Assembly: GCF_030148435.1 (NCBI RefSeq)
Contig: NZ_JASBTN010000003.1
Coordinates: 12,794 to 76,793, forward strand
DNA: 64,000 bases
Direction of reading: 5' to 3'
Origin: Aliiroseovarius sp.
GTDB lineage: Bacteria > Pseudomonadota > Alphaproteobacteria > Rhodobacterales > Rhodobacteraceae
A program made the position numbers and the translations under genes. The notes below the pieces were generated by a model. It saw nothing but the letters and a program-made list of their open reading frames with translations. It was not told the origin of the DNA and ran no database searches. This document shows positions 1-12,209 of this stretch, piece by piece; position 1 is the stretch's first letter, and each line of letters opens with the position of its first letter.

Positions 1-49
1 GGCGCTGGCCGACCCTCCCGGGGCGTGTGGGACGATTTCCGGCTGTCTG

Positions 50-1327
50 TCAGCCCGTTACCCGCGCGCCGGGGGCGATGATCGGCGGGCTGGCATTCAG
101 CTCCTTCACGGCAAAGCCCGCGGCCGCTTTGTAGCCCGCGATGAATTCTTCCCGCTCCGCGCGCGGGATCACGCTGTCGATATTGCGGAAAATCCCGTGA
201 CAGCGCTCTTCGACGATGTCCAGAAGTCCGAATGGGCCCGAGCTGCGGTTACGCAGGATCAGTTCGGACACCGGCCCGCACAGGGTTTCGTCATAGGCGG
301 TCAACGCGTCGGTCGTCACCCCATGGGTCAGCATCTGTGCCCCCAGGGTGCGCGCGTCGATGATGGCCTGGCTCGCCCCGTTCGACCCGGTCGGGTACAT
401 CGCATGGGCCGCGTCACCTAATAATGCCACCGCCCCCTCCTGCCAGGTGGACACCGGGTCGCGATCGATCATCGGATTTTCGTAAAGCACCTGGGTTTCG
501 CGGATCAGCGCGGGAACATCCAGCCAGTCATAGGTCCAGTGGGCGAAATGAGGCATCACGTCCTTGACCTCGGCGTCGCGGAACCAGCCACCATCACGGG
601 CGTCCGGGTCGTCATGGGTGACTTCGGCGATCCAGTTGATATCCGCCTTGCCATCCTTGCCCACCGGCGAGATCGGATAGATCACCATGCGCTGTTTCGC
701 GCCGCCCAGGCCAATGAAGCTCGATCCGGTGCGCACCGGTTCGGCCCGGGTGCAGCCGCGCCACATCAGCGCGCCGCCCCAGTGGATCGGTGGCTGGTCC
801 GGGTGCATCTGCGCCCGCACCCTGGAATGAATGCCATCCGCCCCGATCAGGATCGTGCCGGACACCGGCTCGCCCTCGTCCAGATAGGCCGTGACCGTGC
901 CGCCTTCCTGCCGGTAGCCGGTGACGCGGGCATTCAGCTTCAGCACATCCGGGCCGCAGCGTTCCATCAGCCGGCGATAGAGCAGCATGTGAAAGGCGCC
1001 GCGATGCACCGCATATTGCGGCCAGTCATACCCGGCTTCCAGCCCGCGCGGCTCGGCGTGGATCTCGGCGCCATTGCGCCCGACCAGCGCCCATTCCCGG
1101 GCCTGCACCCCGACCCCTTCAAGGTCACGCGCGTCAATGCCCAGATCATAGAGCTCTCGCACCGCATTGGGTTGCAGGTTGATCCCGACGCCAAGGGGGC
1201 GCAGCGCGCGCACGCTTTCCAACACGGTGAACGGCACGCCAATCTGATGCAGCGTCAGCGCCAGCGACATGCCGCCAATTCCGCCACCTGCGATCAAGAC
1301 ATGTGCCTCGGGGCCAGTATTCGTCAT
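50..1327 (-). CDS. FAD-dependent aromatic monooxygenase (salicylate/3-hydroxybenzoate hydroxylase-like)
   Basis: Track ORF 50..1375. It has an N-terminal dinucleotide-binding motif (HVLIAGGGIGGMSLAL) and a later GDAAH motif typical of class A flavoprotein monooxygenases. Start moved to the ATG at 1327 (MTNTGPE). Confidence 0.8.
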   Translation of the reverse strand: MTNTGPEAHVLIAGGGIGGMSLALTLHQIGVPFTVLESVRALRPLGVGINLQPNAVRELYDLGIDARDLEGVGVQAREWALVGRNGAEIHAEPRGLEAGYDWPQYAVHRGAFHMLLYRRLMERCGPDVLKLNARVTGYRQEGGTVTAYLDEGEPVSGTILIGADGIHSRVRAQMHPDQPPIHWGGALMWRGCTRAEPVRTGSSFIGLGGAKQRMVIYPISPVGKDGKADINWIAEVTHDDPDARDGGWFRDAEVKDVMPHFAHWTYDWLDVPALIRETQVLYENPMIDRDPVSTWQEGAVALLGDAAHAMYPTGSNGASQAIIDARTLGAQMLTHGVTTDALTAYDETLCGPVSELILRNRSSGPFGLLDIVEERCHGIFRNIDSVIPRAEREEFIAGYKAAAGFAVKELNASPPIIAPGARVTG

Positions 1328-1594
1328 GCGCGTTCCTTCCTGCCGCCGGACCTGATGGATGCAACTTTCTCGCAAAGCCCGGCCCGGATCAAGCGAGCGA
1401 CCGGATTTTTCCTTGATCCGGGGCAGGTTTGCCCGGCAGCATTGGGGGGACGCGGGCGGTTCCGCGCTTCATCACGGCCATTCGCAGGCCGCATGGCGGG
1501 GTTTCCGCAAGGTCATTGATGCGTTGAACAAAATAGTTTAAGGCCAAACTATCTTGAATTGGACCGCTGTTCAGAATCCGGAGGAGGCACCCAA

Positions 1595-2989
1595 ATGGCC
1601 GCACAGAATTTCGATACCATCGTCATCGGGGCGGGCCCCGGGGGATACGTTGCCGCGATCCGCGCGGCCCAACTGGGCCAGAAGGTCGCCATCGTCGAAC
1701 GTGAGAACCTGGGCGGCATCTGCCTGAACTGGGGCTGCATTCCGACCAAGGCGCTGTTGCGCTCGGCCGAAGTGTTCCACCTGATGCACCGCGCCGCCGA
1801 GTTTGGCCTGAAGGCGTCGGGCCTGGGTTATGACCTTGACGCCGTGGTGAAACGCTCGCGCGGGGTGGCCAAGCAGCTGTCCTCGGGCGTGGCCCACCTG
1901 ATGAAAAAGAACAAGATCACCGTGGTGATGGGCTCGGCCAGCATTCCCGCCAAGGGCAAGGTGCGCGTCGAAGGCGACAAGGGCACAGAGGAGCTGACCG
2001 CCAAGAACATCATCCTGGCCACCGGCGCCCGTGCCCGCGAACTGCCCGGCCCTGAGGCCGACGGCGATCTGGTCTGGACCTATCGCCACGCACTGAACCC
2101 GCCGCGAATGCCGAAAAAGCTTCTGGTCATCGGCTCCGGCGCGATCGGTATCGAATTTGCGAGCTTCTTCAATACCCTGGGCGCCGATGTGACGGTGGTC
2201 GAGGTGATGGATCGCGTGCTGCCTGTGGAAGACGCCGAGATTTCCGCCTTCGCCAAGAAAGCCTTTGTCAAACAGGGGCTCACGATCATGGAAAAAGCCA
2301 TGGTCAAGCAGCTCGACCGCGCGAAAGGTGAAGTCACCGCGCATATCGAAATGGGCGGCAAGGTCGAGAAACAGAAGTTCGACACGGTCATCTCCGCCGT
2401 CGGCATCGTCGGCAATGTCGAAGGGCTGGGGCTGGAAGAGCTGGGCGTCAAAGTCGACCGCACCCATGTGGTCACGGATGAGTTCTGCCGCACCGGGGTC
2501 GAAGGTCTCTATGCCATCGGCGACATCGCCGGCGCGCCCTGGCTCGCGCACAAGGCGTCGCACGAAGGCGTCATGGTGGCCGAGCTGATCTCCGGGCTGC
2601 ACACCCATCCGGTCAAACCCGAAAGCATCGCCGGCTGCACCTATTGCCCCCCGCAGGTGGCCTCGGTGGGCTACACCGAAGCCAAGGCGAAGGAGCTGGG
2701 CTACAAGATCAAGGTCGGCCGCTTCCCCTTCATCGGCAACGGCAAGGCCATCGCCATGGGTGATGCCGAGGGCATGGTCAAGGTGATCTTCGAGGAAAAG
2801 ACCGGCGAACTGCTGGGCGCCCACATGGTCGGCGCCGAGGTGACAGAGATGATCCAGGGCTTCGTCATCGGCCGCCAGCTGGAAACCACCGAGGAAGACC
2901 TGATGCACACGGTGTTCCCGCACCCGACGGTCTCGGAAAGCATGCACGAGGCGGTGCTGGCCGCCTACAATCGCGCAATTCACATCTGA
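1595..2989 (+). CDS. lpdA: dihydrolipoyl dehydrogenase (E3)
   Basis: Track ORF 1559..2989. It carries GAGPGGY, the redox-active CLNWGCIPTK disulfide motif and a C-terminal HPTVSE interface motif. Start set to the ATG at 1595, preceded by GGAGGAGG. Confidence 0.9.
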   Translation: MAAQNFDTIVIGAGPGGYVAAIRAAQLGQKVAIVERENLGGICLNWGCIPTKALLRSAEVFHLMHRAAEFGLKASGLGYDLDAVVKRSRGVAKQLSSGVAHLMKKNKITVVMGSASIPAKGKVRVEGDKGTEELTAKNIILATGARARELPGPEADGDLVWTYRHALNPPRMPKKLLVIGSGAIGIEFASFFNTLGADVTVVEVMDRVLPVEDAEISAFAKKAFVKQGLTIMEKAMVKQLDRAKGEVTAHIEMGGKVEKQKFDTVISAVGIVGNVEGLGLEELGVKVDRTHVVTDEFCRTGVEGLYAIGDIAGAPWLAHKASHEGVMVAELISGLHTHPVKPESIAGCTYCPPQVASVGYTEAKAKELGYKIKVGRFPFIGNGKAIAMGDAEGMVKVIFEEKTGELLGAHMVGAEVTEMIQGFVIGRQLETTEEDLMHTVFPHPTVSESMHEAVLAAYNRAIHI

Positions 2990-3017
2990 ACCACGCCACT
3001 CGCGGATCGGATGGGAA

Positions 3018-3047
3018 GGGCCGGGGCATCTGCCTCGGCCCTTTTTT
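3018..3047 (+). terminator. rho-independent terminator after lpdA
   Basis: GGGCCGGGGC-atct-GCCTCGGCCC 10-bp stem (one G-U pair) followed by T6. Confidence 0.6.
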
Positions 3048-3071
3048 CGTGGGGGCGGGGGCTGCCCGGCG

Positions 3072-3440
3072 TTACGCGCGCACGATCTTGCCGCCGCCCA
3101 TGTGCCAGTGACCCAGGCCACCAAGGTTGTGCACCTCTTCATAGCCCAGCGCCTTCATCATGCGCACCGCCATGCCGGATCGTGCGCCCGAAGCACAATA
3201 GAGCGCGATCGGTTTCGACGGGTCGATCTTCGGGTTGTAGCCGGGCCCGTTGCGGTCCGCCTGGAGCTTCAGCGCCACCATCGGGATGGTCAACGCACCC
3301 TCCGCCTTGCCGGTTGTGTTGACCTCGCTCCCATCGCGGATGTCGATCACCGTCATCTCGCCCTTGGAGGCCTTTTCGACGATTTCGTGCGGGGTCAGCT
3401 TGGGGCCGGAGCTGCGGCCCCCGGACAGAAAGTTTAACAT
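3072..3440 (-). CDS. rhodanese-like domain protein (sulfurtransferase)
   Basis: 122-aa ORF with an active-site-like CASGARS loop and typical single-domain rhodanese layout. Confidence 0.8.
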   Translation of the reverse strand: MLNFLSGGRSSGPKLTPHEIVEKASKGEMTVIDIRDGSEVNTTGKAEGALTIPMVALKLQADRNGPGYNPKIDPSKPIALYCASGARSGMAVRMMKALGYEEVHNLGGLGHWHMGGGKIVRA

Positions 3441-3604
3441 GGTCGGATCCTGCTCTGCGTTGCGGTTCAGTCAATATATTTCGAAAACATGATATTACAA
3501 GCATTCGGCGGAGATGTGCGAATATTCCCGTTTCGTTCTCACTTTTCGATTGGCGATCCGGCCCGGATCGCCTATCTGTTAGGGGCTTGTTAACTGGTGG
3601 TCTC

Positions 3605-6483
<2,879 letters not shown>

Positions 6484-6487
<4 letters not shown>

Positions 6488-6894
6488 CCCCTCTGCTGGG
6501 CGCCATCGCGGTGGTGATCCGGGGCGCCGATGTGCTGCTGGTGCAGCGCGGCAAGGCGCCCGACCGCGGGCTCTGGGGCTATCCGGGCGGCGGGGTCGAA
6601 TGGGGTGAAACCGTTGCCGAGGCCGCGGTGCGTGAACTGGCCGAAGAGACCGGCGTCAAGGCCACCCCCGGCCCGCTGATCGGTCATTCCGATGTGATCC
6701 GGTACGAGGGCGATCTGGTCACGCATCACTATTTCCTCGCCGCGACCCTGTGCACATATGTCTCGGGCGATCCCCGGGCCGCCGACGACGCAGCGGACGC
6801 CAGATGGGTGCCGCATGAGGTTGTTCTGCAAGGGAAGTTGCCGATGAGCGCGGATGTGGATCGGGTGCTGAAACTGGCGCTGGCGGCGTCATGA
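6484..6894 (+). CDS. NUDIX hydrolase
   Basis: Nudix box [24 protein letters not shown]. There is an ATGA start/stop overlap with uvrA. Confidence 0.85.
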
Positions 6895-6914
6895 CCGCGC
6901 CGCGTCCCGGATAG

Positions 6915-7004
6915 GCCCTGGACGAACTGGCCCTGCGCCCGGACCTGGTCGCGGGCTGTTCCATGGGTGCGCTGAACCGCGAGCTCTGCACGGCGACGTC
7001 ATGA
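6915..7004 (+). pseudogene. possible remnant of a patatin-like phospholipase gene
   Basis: A 29-codon frame reads ALDELALRPDLVAGCSMGALNRELCTATS*. It resembles the patatin region around the GxSxG nucleophile elbow (AGCSMGA). An in-frame TAG sits immediately upstream and there is no start codon. Confidence 0.25.
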
Positions 7005-7054
7005 TGGATTTCCGTCGGCGCGCGGGTTAGACAGGCTCAAAAGAGAGGCAGGTC

Positions 7055-7966
7055 ATGGCGAAGGTCCATATACACGTCGGCGCCCATCGTACCGGGTCGA
7101 GCGCCTTCCAGATGTTTCTGGATATCAACGCCGCTGCCCTGCGCGCGCAGGGGTTCGATCTGGCCTATCCCGACCGCGATGGCGCCGAGGGCGGGCGGTT
7201 GAAACTGTTTCTCCCCGCGCCACGCCACACGCCGGACACGGTCGACTGGCGCGTAAAGAAAGCGCGGCACAATCTGGCCCGTCAGGTTTCCGATCCGTCG
7301 CGCGCGCTGATCCTGTCCGAGGAGAACATCCTGGGGCGCATGGACCCGTTCTATCACGGCCAGTTCTACCCGTTCCTGCGGGCCCGCGCGCGGTTCATGG
7401 CCCGGGTGCTGGACGGGCGTCCGGTCGGGCGTATCCTGCTGGTGGTGCGCCCCTATGACAGCCTGTTCCTATCCGCCTTTCGCAAGCGGTCGGAGGACAA
7501 TGAAATGGGCGATTTCAACGGGATACGCGACCGTATGGAGCTGTTTGAAGGCGATGGCTGGCCCGAGGTCGCGCTGACCCTGATCGAGGAGCTCCAACCG
7601 CGCAAGCTGGTGGTCATTCCCTACCAGCGCCCGCGCCGCGAGCTGGATCTGGCCCGCGCGCTGGTACCGGCTCTGGACCCGGCCTCGCTGCGGGAGCCCG
7701 AGCTGCCGGTCAATGCCAGCCTGTCTGATGCCGGGCTGTTCGAGCTGCAGCGCCGCTACCGGGACGCGGTGGCTCCGGACCGGGCGATGATCGAGCAGGT
7801 GCGCGTGCAATATGCCGGGGTGAAGGCGGACCGGCCCTACGCGGGGTTTACCGAGGCGCAGACAGAAAAGCTGCGGGTGCGCTACCATCAGGATCTGGAT
7901 ACGTTGCGCCTGATGATGGGCCTTGAGGTCATCGAGCCGCCGCAGCAACGGCCCGCGCCCGCATGA
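7055..7966 (+). CDS. hypothetical protein, possibly P-loop/sulfotransferase-like
   Basis: 303-aa ORF with a good SD (AAGAGAGG). The N-terminal HIHVGAHRTGSSAFQ resembles the PAPS-binding loop of Stf0-type sulfotransferases. This function call is weak. Confidence 0.6.
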   Translation: MAKVHIHVGAHRTGSSAFQMFLDINAAALRAQGFDLAYPDRDGAEGGRLKLFLPAPRHTPDTVDWRVKKARHNLARQVSDPSRALILSEENILGRMDPFYHGQFYPFLRARARFMARVLDGRPVGRILLVVRPYDSLFLSAFRKRSEDNEMGDFNGIRDRMELFEGDGWPEVALTLIEELQPRKLVVIPYQRPRRELDLARALVPALDPASLREPELPVNASLSDAGLFELQRRYRDAVAPDRAMIEQVRVQYAGVKADRPYAGFTEAQTEKLRVRYHQDLDTLRLMMGLEVIEPPQQRPAPA

Positions 7967-7996
7967 AAAACGCCCGGCGGGAAAGCTGGGCGTTTT
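7965..7996. terminator. bidirectional terminator between convergent genes
   Basis: AACGCCCGGC-gggaaa-GCTGGGCGTT hairpin flanked by A5 and T4. Confidence 0.5.
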
Positions 7997-8017
7997 CAAA
8001 CTGTTCCGATCTGAAGT

Positions 8018-9031
8018 TCATCCGTCGAAATCGACGCTTTCGATCAGTTTCAGGGCCGCCGGACGCTGGGCGGCGACATCCATGAGGTTCACGTCATCGG
8101 CGGTGAATTCGCCCCAGGAGGCGACCAGGTCTGAGGCTGCGACGCCTTCCATCACCGGGTATTCATGCACGATCTCGGCATAGATGCCCTGCGCCTTTTC
8201 CGAGGCCAGGAATTCCATCAGTTTGATCGCGTCTTCCTTGTGCGGCGCATATTTGGTCAGCGCCATGCCCGAGACGTTCACATGGGTGCCCGAGCCCTCG
8301 AACACCGGGAAGAGGATGCGCACGCTGTCGGCCCATTCCTTCTGTTCGTCATTGTTGACCATCGCGCCCATGTAATAGGTGTTGCCCAGCGAAATATCGC
8401 ATTCACCGGCCCAGATCGCCTTGATCTGCGCACGGTCGTTGCCCTGGGGCTTACGGGCCAGGTTCGCCTTCACGCCTTCCAGCCAGGCGATGGTGGCCTC
8501 TTCGCCGTTGTTGTTCAGGAAGGCCGCGACCAGGGCGAGCGTATAGGCGTTGGTGCCGGAACGGGTACAGATGCGGCCCGCCCATTTCGGGTCGGCCAGG
8601 TCCTCGTAGCTGGTCAGCTCGCCATCGGCGACGCGGTCCTTCGAGGCATAGACGACACGGGCGCGGGTGGTCAGGCCGAACCATTCATTGTCCGGGTCAC
8701 GGTAGGCCGAGGGCACGTTGGCGGCCAGGATGTCGCTTTCGACCGGCTGGGCCACGCCGGCATCGACGATCGCCGCCAGGCGCGAGATGTCGGTGGTCAG
8801 GATCACGTCGGCCGGGGTGCGGGTGCCTTCAGCTTTCAGGCGCTCGATCATGCCCTTGTTCAGAAAGGCCACGTTCACGGCGATGCCGGTCTCTTCGGTA
8901 AAGGCGTCCATCAGCGGCTGGATCAGTTCGGGCTGACGGTAGGAATAGACGTTCACCTCCTGTGCCACGGCACTTTGGGCGGCGGGCAGGGCGGTGGACA
9001 GGGCCAGAAGGGCGGCAATTGTGGATTTCAT
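8018..9031 (-). CDS. Fe(3+) ABC transporter substrate-binding protein (FbpA/FutA-like)
   Basis: Signal peptide MKSTIAALLALSTALPAAQSAVA followed by EVNVYSYRQPELIQPL, typical of ferric-binding proteins. Start set to the ATG at 9031. Confidence 0.85.
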   Translation of the reverse strand: MKSTIAALLALSTALPAAQSAVAQEVNVYSYRQPELIQPLMDAFTEETGIAVNVAFLNKGMIERLKAEGTRTPADVILTTDISRLAAIVDAGVAQPVESDILAANVPSAYRDPDNEWFGLTTRARVVYASKDRVADGELTSYEDLADPKWAGRICTRSGTNAYTLALVAAFLNNNGEEATIAWLEGVKANLARKPQGNDRAQIKAIWAGECDISLGNTYYMGAMVNNDEQKEWADSVRILFPVFEGSGTHVNVSGMALTKYAPHKEDAIKLMEFLASEKAQGIYAEIVHEYPVMEGVAASDLVASWGEFTADDVNLMDVAAQRPAALKLIESVDFDG

Positions 9032-9092
9032 AACGCGGTATCTCCGTAAGCGATGTTTGAACGCCATAAACCCGAGTTTTTTTCTCAGGTCA

Positions 9093-9117
9093 ATACCTGA
9101 CTAAAACATTCTGGAAA
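9093..9117. promoter_or_regulatory. IscR type-1-like / Iron-Rhodo-box-like site upstream of the Fe3+ SBP gene
   Basis: ATACCTGACTAAAACATTCTGGAAA matches 21 of 25 positions of the remembered IscR type-1 consensus ATASYYGACTRWWWYAGTCRRSTAT. It lies 62-86 nt upstream of the ATG at 9031. Confidence 0.35.
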
Positions 9118-9127
9118 TCGGATCCGC

Positions 9128-9955
9128 CTAGGTTCTGCCCGCCTTTTCCGCGACTTTCACCGCGTTCCAGAGGGCGTCCATTTCTTCCAGGCTGGCGTCT
9201 TCGGGTCGGCGTCCCTCAGCGGCAAGCCGGTCCTCTATCCCATTGAAACGACGTTCGAATTTGGCGTTGCAATGGCGCAGAGCCTCTTCCGGTTCCACAT
9301 CCAGATGGCGGGCCAGGTTGGCCATGACGAACAGCAGATCGCCCATCTCCTCGCGGATTTCTTCCTGCGTCAACCTGTCGCGGGCTTCGACAAGTTCGCG
9401 CGCCTCTTCCTGGATCTTGTCCAGAACCTGCGCGGTCTCGGGCCAGTCAAACCCGACTCGCGCGGCGCGTTTTTGCAGCTTTACCGCGCGCAGCAGGGCG
9501 GGCAGGCCGATGGCCACCCCGTCCAGCACGCCATGTTCCGCCTTGGCCGCCCGTTCGGCGGCCTTGATCGTTTCCCAGTCTCGGGTCTGCTGTTCGGCCG
9601 ACTTGTCGCGGGTCTCGTCGCCGAAGACATGCGGGTGGCGGGCAACCATCTTGTCGGACATGCCGTCGGCCACCTCGTCAAAGCTGAACAGCCCGGCCTC
9701 CTCGGCCATCTGCGCGTGAAACACCGACTGGAACAGCAGATCGCCCAGCTCGCCCTTCAGCTCGCCCCAGGCCTCGCGCTCGATCGCGTCGGCGACCTCA
9801 TAGGCTTCCTCGATCGTGTAGGGCGCGATGGTGGAGAAATCCTGTTCGATGTCCCATGGGCAGCCGGAGCGGGGGTCGCGCAGCCGCCGCATGATCTCCA
9901 GCAGGCGCGGCATGCCGCCCTTCGGGTTGTGAACCAACCGGTCAGATTCTGTCAT
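9128..9955 (-). CDS. mazG: nucleoside triphosphate pyrophosphohydrolase MazG
   Basis: The sequence CPWDIEQDFSTIAPYTIEEAYEVADAI and a second EExGDLLF repeat are typical of tandem MazG domains. Start set to the ATG at 9955 inside track ORF 9128..10171. Confidence 0.85.
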   Translation of the reverse strand: MTESDRLVHNPKGGMPRLLEIMRRLRDPRSGCPWDIEQDFSTIAPYTIEEAYEVADAIEREAWGELKGELGDLLFQSVFHAQMAEEAGLFSFDEVADGMSDKMVARHPHVFGDETRDKSAEQQTRDWETIKAAERAAKAEHGVLDGVAIGLPALLRAVKLQKRAARVGFDWPETAQVLDKIQEEARELVEARDRLTQEEIREEMGDLLFVMANLARHLDVEPEEALRHCNAKFERRFNGIEDRLAAEGRRPEDASLEEMDALWNAVKVAEKAGRT

Positions 9956-10018
9956 TGCGCTCTGCCTCGTTTCGGTGAACTCTTCCCGGGATACCATGCG
10001 AGCGCACAGGAGCAACCC

Positions 10019-11179
10019 ATGCCGATCATCAACCGCATCGCCGATTACGCCGAGGAGATGAAAACCTGGCGGCGCTGGATGCACATGCATCCGGAACTGG
10101 GGCTGGAGTGTCATGAAACCGCCGCCTACGTGGTCGCGCGCCTGCGCGAGTTCGGCGTGGACGAAATTCACGAAGGGATCGGTGTCTCGGGCGTGGTCGC
10201 GGTGATTGAGGGGCAGGGTGTGGGCGGCACAATCGGGCTACGCGCCGACATGGACGCACTGCCGATGCCGGAGGAAACCGGGCTGGAATATGCCTCCAAA
10301 GTCGATGGGCGCATGCATGCCTGCGGCCATGACGGCCACACCACGATGCTGCTGGGCGCCGCGAAATACCTGGCCGAAACGCGGCGCTTTGCGGGCAGGG
10401 TCGTGCTGATCTTTCAACCCGCCGAGGAAAATGGCGGCGGCGCCAAGGTCATGTGCGACGAAGGGCTCATGGACCGGTTCGGCATCGATCAGGTCTATGG
10501 CATCCACAATGTGCCGGATCAGGATTTCGGCGCGTTCTTTGCCTGCGACGGTCCGGCACTGGCCGCTGTCGACACCCTGACCGCGACCATCAGGGGGCAG
10601 GGCGGCCACGGCGCCTATCCGCAGGAGACCCGCGACCCGGTGATCGCGGCGGCGGGCATGGCCATGGCGTTGCAGACCATCGTCAGCCGCAATGTGCATC
10701 CGCTCGATCAACTGGTGATTTCCGTGACCCAGATCCACGGCGGCTCGGCCGAGAACGTGATCGCCGACAGCGCCTGGATCCAGGCCACCGTGCGGTCCTT
10801 CAGCCCCGAGGTGCGCGACATGGCCGAACGCCGCATCCGCGCGGTGCTGGAGGGTCAGGCGGCCGCGTTCGATGTGGCGGTCGAGATCGACTATGAACGC
10901 GGCTACCCGGCCACGGTGAACCATGCCTCCGGCGTTGCGCTGGCCGGCAGGGCCGCCGTGGACGTGGCCGGCGAAGCCTCGGTGGACCTGCACCGCAACC
11001 CGGAAATGGGCGCCGAGGATTTCGCCTATATGCTCGAAGAACGCCCTGGCGCCTATTTCTTCCTCGGGATTGGCGAGGGCGCGGGCCTGCACAATCCGAA
11101 ATACGACTTCAACGACGAGGCCGCGCCGGTCGGGGCCAGTTTCTTTGCACGGCTGGTCGAGATCGCGCAGCCGGTGTAA
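10019..11179 (+). CDS. M20 family amidohydrolase (hippurate hydrolase/aminoacylase-like)
   Basis: The real part of track ORF 9272..11179 begins MPIINRIADYAEEMKTWRRWMHMHPELG. It contains the MHACGHDGH metal-binding motif. Confidence 0.85.
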   Translation: MPIINRIADYAEEMKTWRRWMHMHPELGLECHETAAYVVARLREFGVDEIHEGIGVSGVVAVIEGQGVGGTIGLRADMDALPMPEETGLEYASKVDGRMHACGHDGHTTMLLGAAKYLAETRRFAGRVVLIFQPAEENGGGAKVMCDEGLMDRFGIDQVYGIHNVPDQDFGAFFACDGPALAAVDTLTATIRGQGGHGAYPQETRDPVIAAAGMAMALQTIVSRNVHPLDQLVISVTQIHGGSAENVIADSAWIQATVRSFSPEVRDMAERRIRAVLEGQAAAFDVAVEIDYERGYPATVNHASGVALAGRAAVDVAGEASVDLHRNPEMGAEDFAYMLEERPGAYFFLGIGEGAGLHNPKYDFNDEAAPVGASFFARLVEIAQPV

Positions 11180-11189
11180 CAGCACTTGC

Positions 11190-11205
11190 AAATTTGATCA
11201 AATTT
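11190..11205. promoter_or_regulatory. 16-bp perfect AT-rich palindrome (operator candidate) upstream of the speB-like gene
   Basis: AAATTTGATCAAATTT is flanked by TTGC and CGCAA. It ends 38 nt before the ATG at 11244. Confidence 0.45.
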
Positions 11206-11243
11206 CGCAACATGGGGTCCGAACAGGGAATCTGGAGGGCCCC

Positions 11244-12209
11244 ATGGCACTGGAAGACGCAAAACAGCAGGTCGACACGGCAATAACCCGCGAGGGATTC
11301 AGGGGGCTGTCGTTCGAAAACACCTTCGGCGGCGTGACCTCCTTTCTGCGCCGCACGCTGACCAAGGATCTGACCGGCGTCGATCTGGCCGTGACCGGCA
11401 TTCCCTTTGATCAGGCCGTCACGAACCGCCCCGGCACCCGTCTGGGTCCGCGCGCGATCCGCGAAGCCTCGGCGCTGCAATCGCCCGATGCCCCCTATGG
11501 ATGGGGATTTGACCCGCTGTCGGAATTTGCCATTGCCGATTATGGCGACCTGGCCTTCGACTATGCCCATGTGGACGAGTTTCCCGCCGCGCTGGAGGCG
11601 CATATCACCGGCATTCTCGATCAGAATGCGGCCTCTCTGGTGCTGGGCGGCGATCACTACATCACCTTCCCGATCCTGCGCGCCCATGCCAGGAAACACG
11701 GGCCGCTGAGCCTGTTGCAATTCGACGCCCACACCGACACCTGGCCCGACGACGACCTGACCCGCGTGGACCATGGCACCATGTTCTACAAGGCGGTGAA
11801 GGAAGGCATCGTGGACCCGGCGCGATCCGTCCAGGTCGGCATCCGCACCCAGAATGACGACACCCTGGGCGTGAATATCATCGACGCGCGCGAGGTGCAT
11901 GAACGCGGGCCGGTTGAAACCGCGAAGAAGATCAAGTCGATCCTTGGCGACCACAAGACCTATCTGACCTTCGACATCGACGCGCTGGACCCGGCTTACG
12001 CGCCCGGCACCGGGACGCCGGTCTGGGGCGGGCTGACCTCGGCCCAGGTCTCGATCATGATGCGGGATCTGGCGGGCATCAACCTGGTGGGGGGCGATAT
12101 CGTCGAGGTCTCGCCGCCCTATGACACCTCCGGCGCCACCGCGATTGCCGGGGCTCATGTGGCGATGGAGATCCTGTGCCTGTGGTGCTGGACCCGCCGT
12201 CACGGCTGA
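11244..12209 (+). CDS. speB: agmatinase / ureohydrolase (arginase family)
   Basis: The real part of track ORF 10923..12209 begins MALEDAK after a GGAGGG SD. It has the Mn-binding motifs GGDH, DAHTD and DIDALDP. Confidence 0.8.
   Translation: MALEDAKQQVDTAITREGFRGLSFENTFGGVTSFLRRTLTKDLTGVDLAVTGIPFDQAVTNRPGTRLGPRAIREASALQSPDAPYGWGFDPLSEFAIADYGDLAFDYAHVDEFPAALEAHITGILDQNAASLVLGGDHYITFPILRAHARKHGPLSLLQFDAHTDTWPDDDLTRVDHGTMFYKAVKEGIVDPARSVQVGIRTQNDDTLGVNIIDAREVHERGPVETAKKIKSILGDHKTYLTFDIDALDPAYAPGTGTPVWGGLTSAQVSIMMRDLAGINLVGGDIVEVSPPYDTSGATAIAGAHVAMEILCLWCWTRRHG

Noticed and set aside
3524-3538. LexA (alphaproteobacterial GTTC-N7-GTTC) box upstream of uvrA
   Set aside because: The best candidate is ATTC-ccgtttc-GTTC, with one mismatch in a very short motif. 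By eye this is not distinguishable from chance. It needs a PWM scan and comparison with the recA and lexA upstream regions of the same genome.
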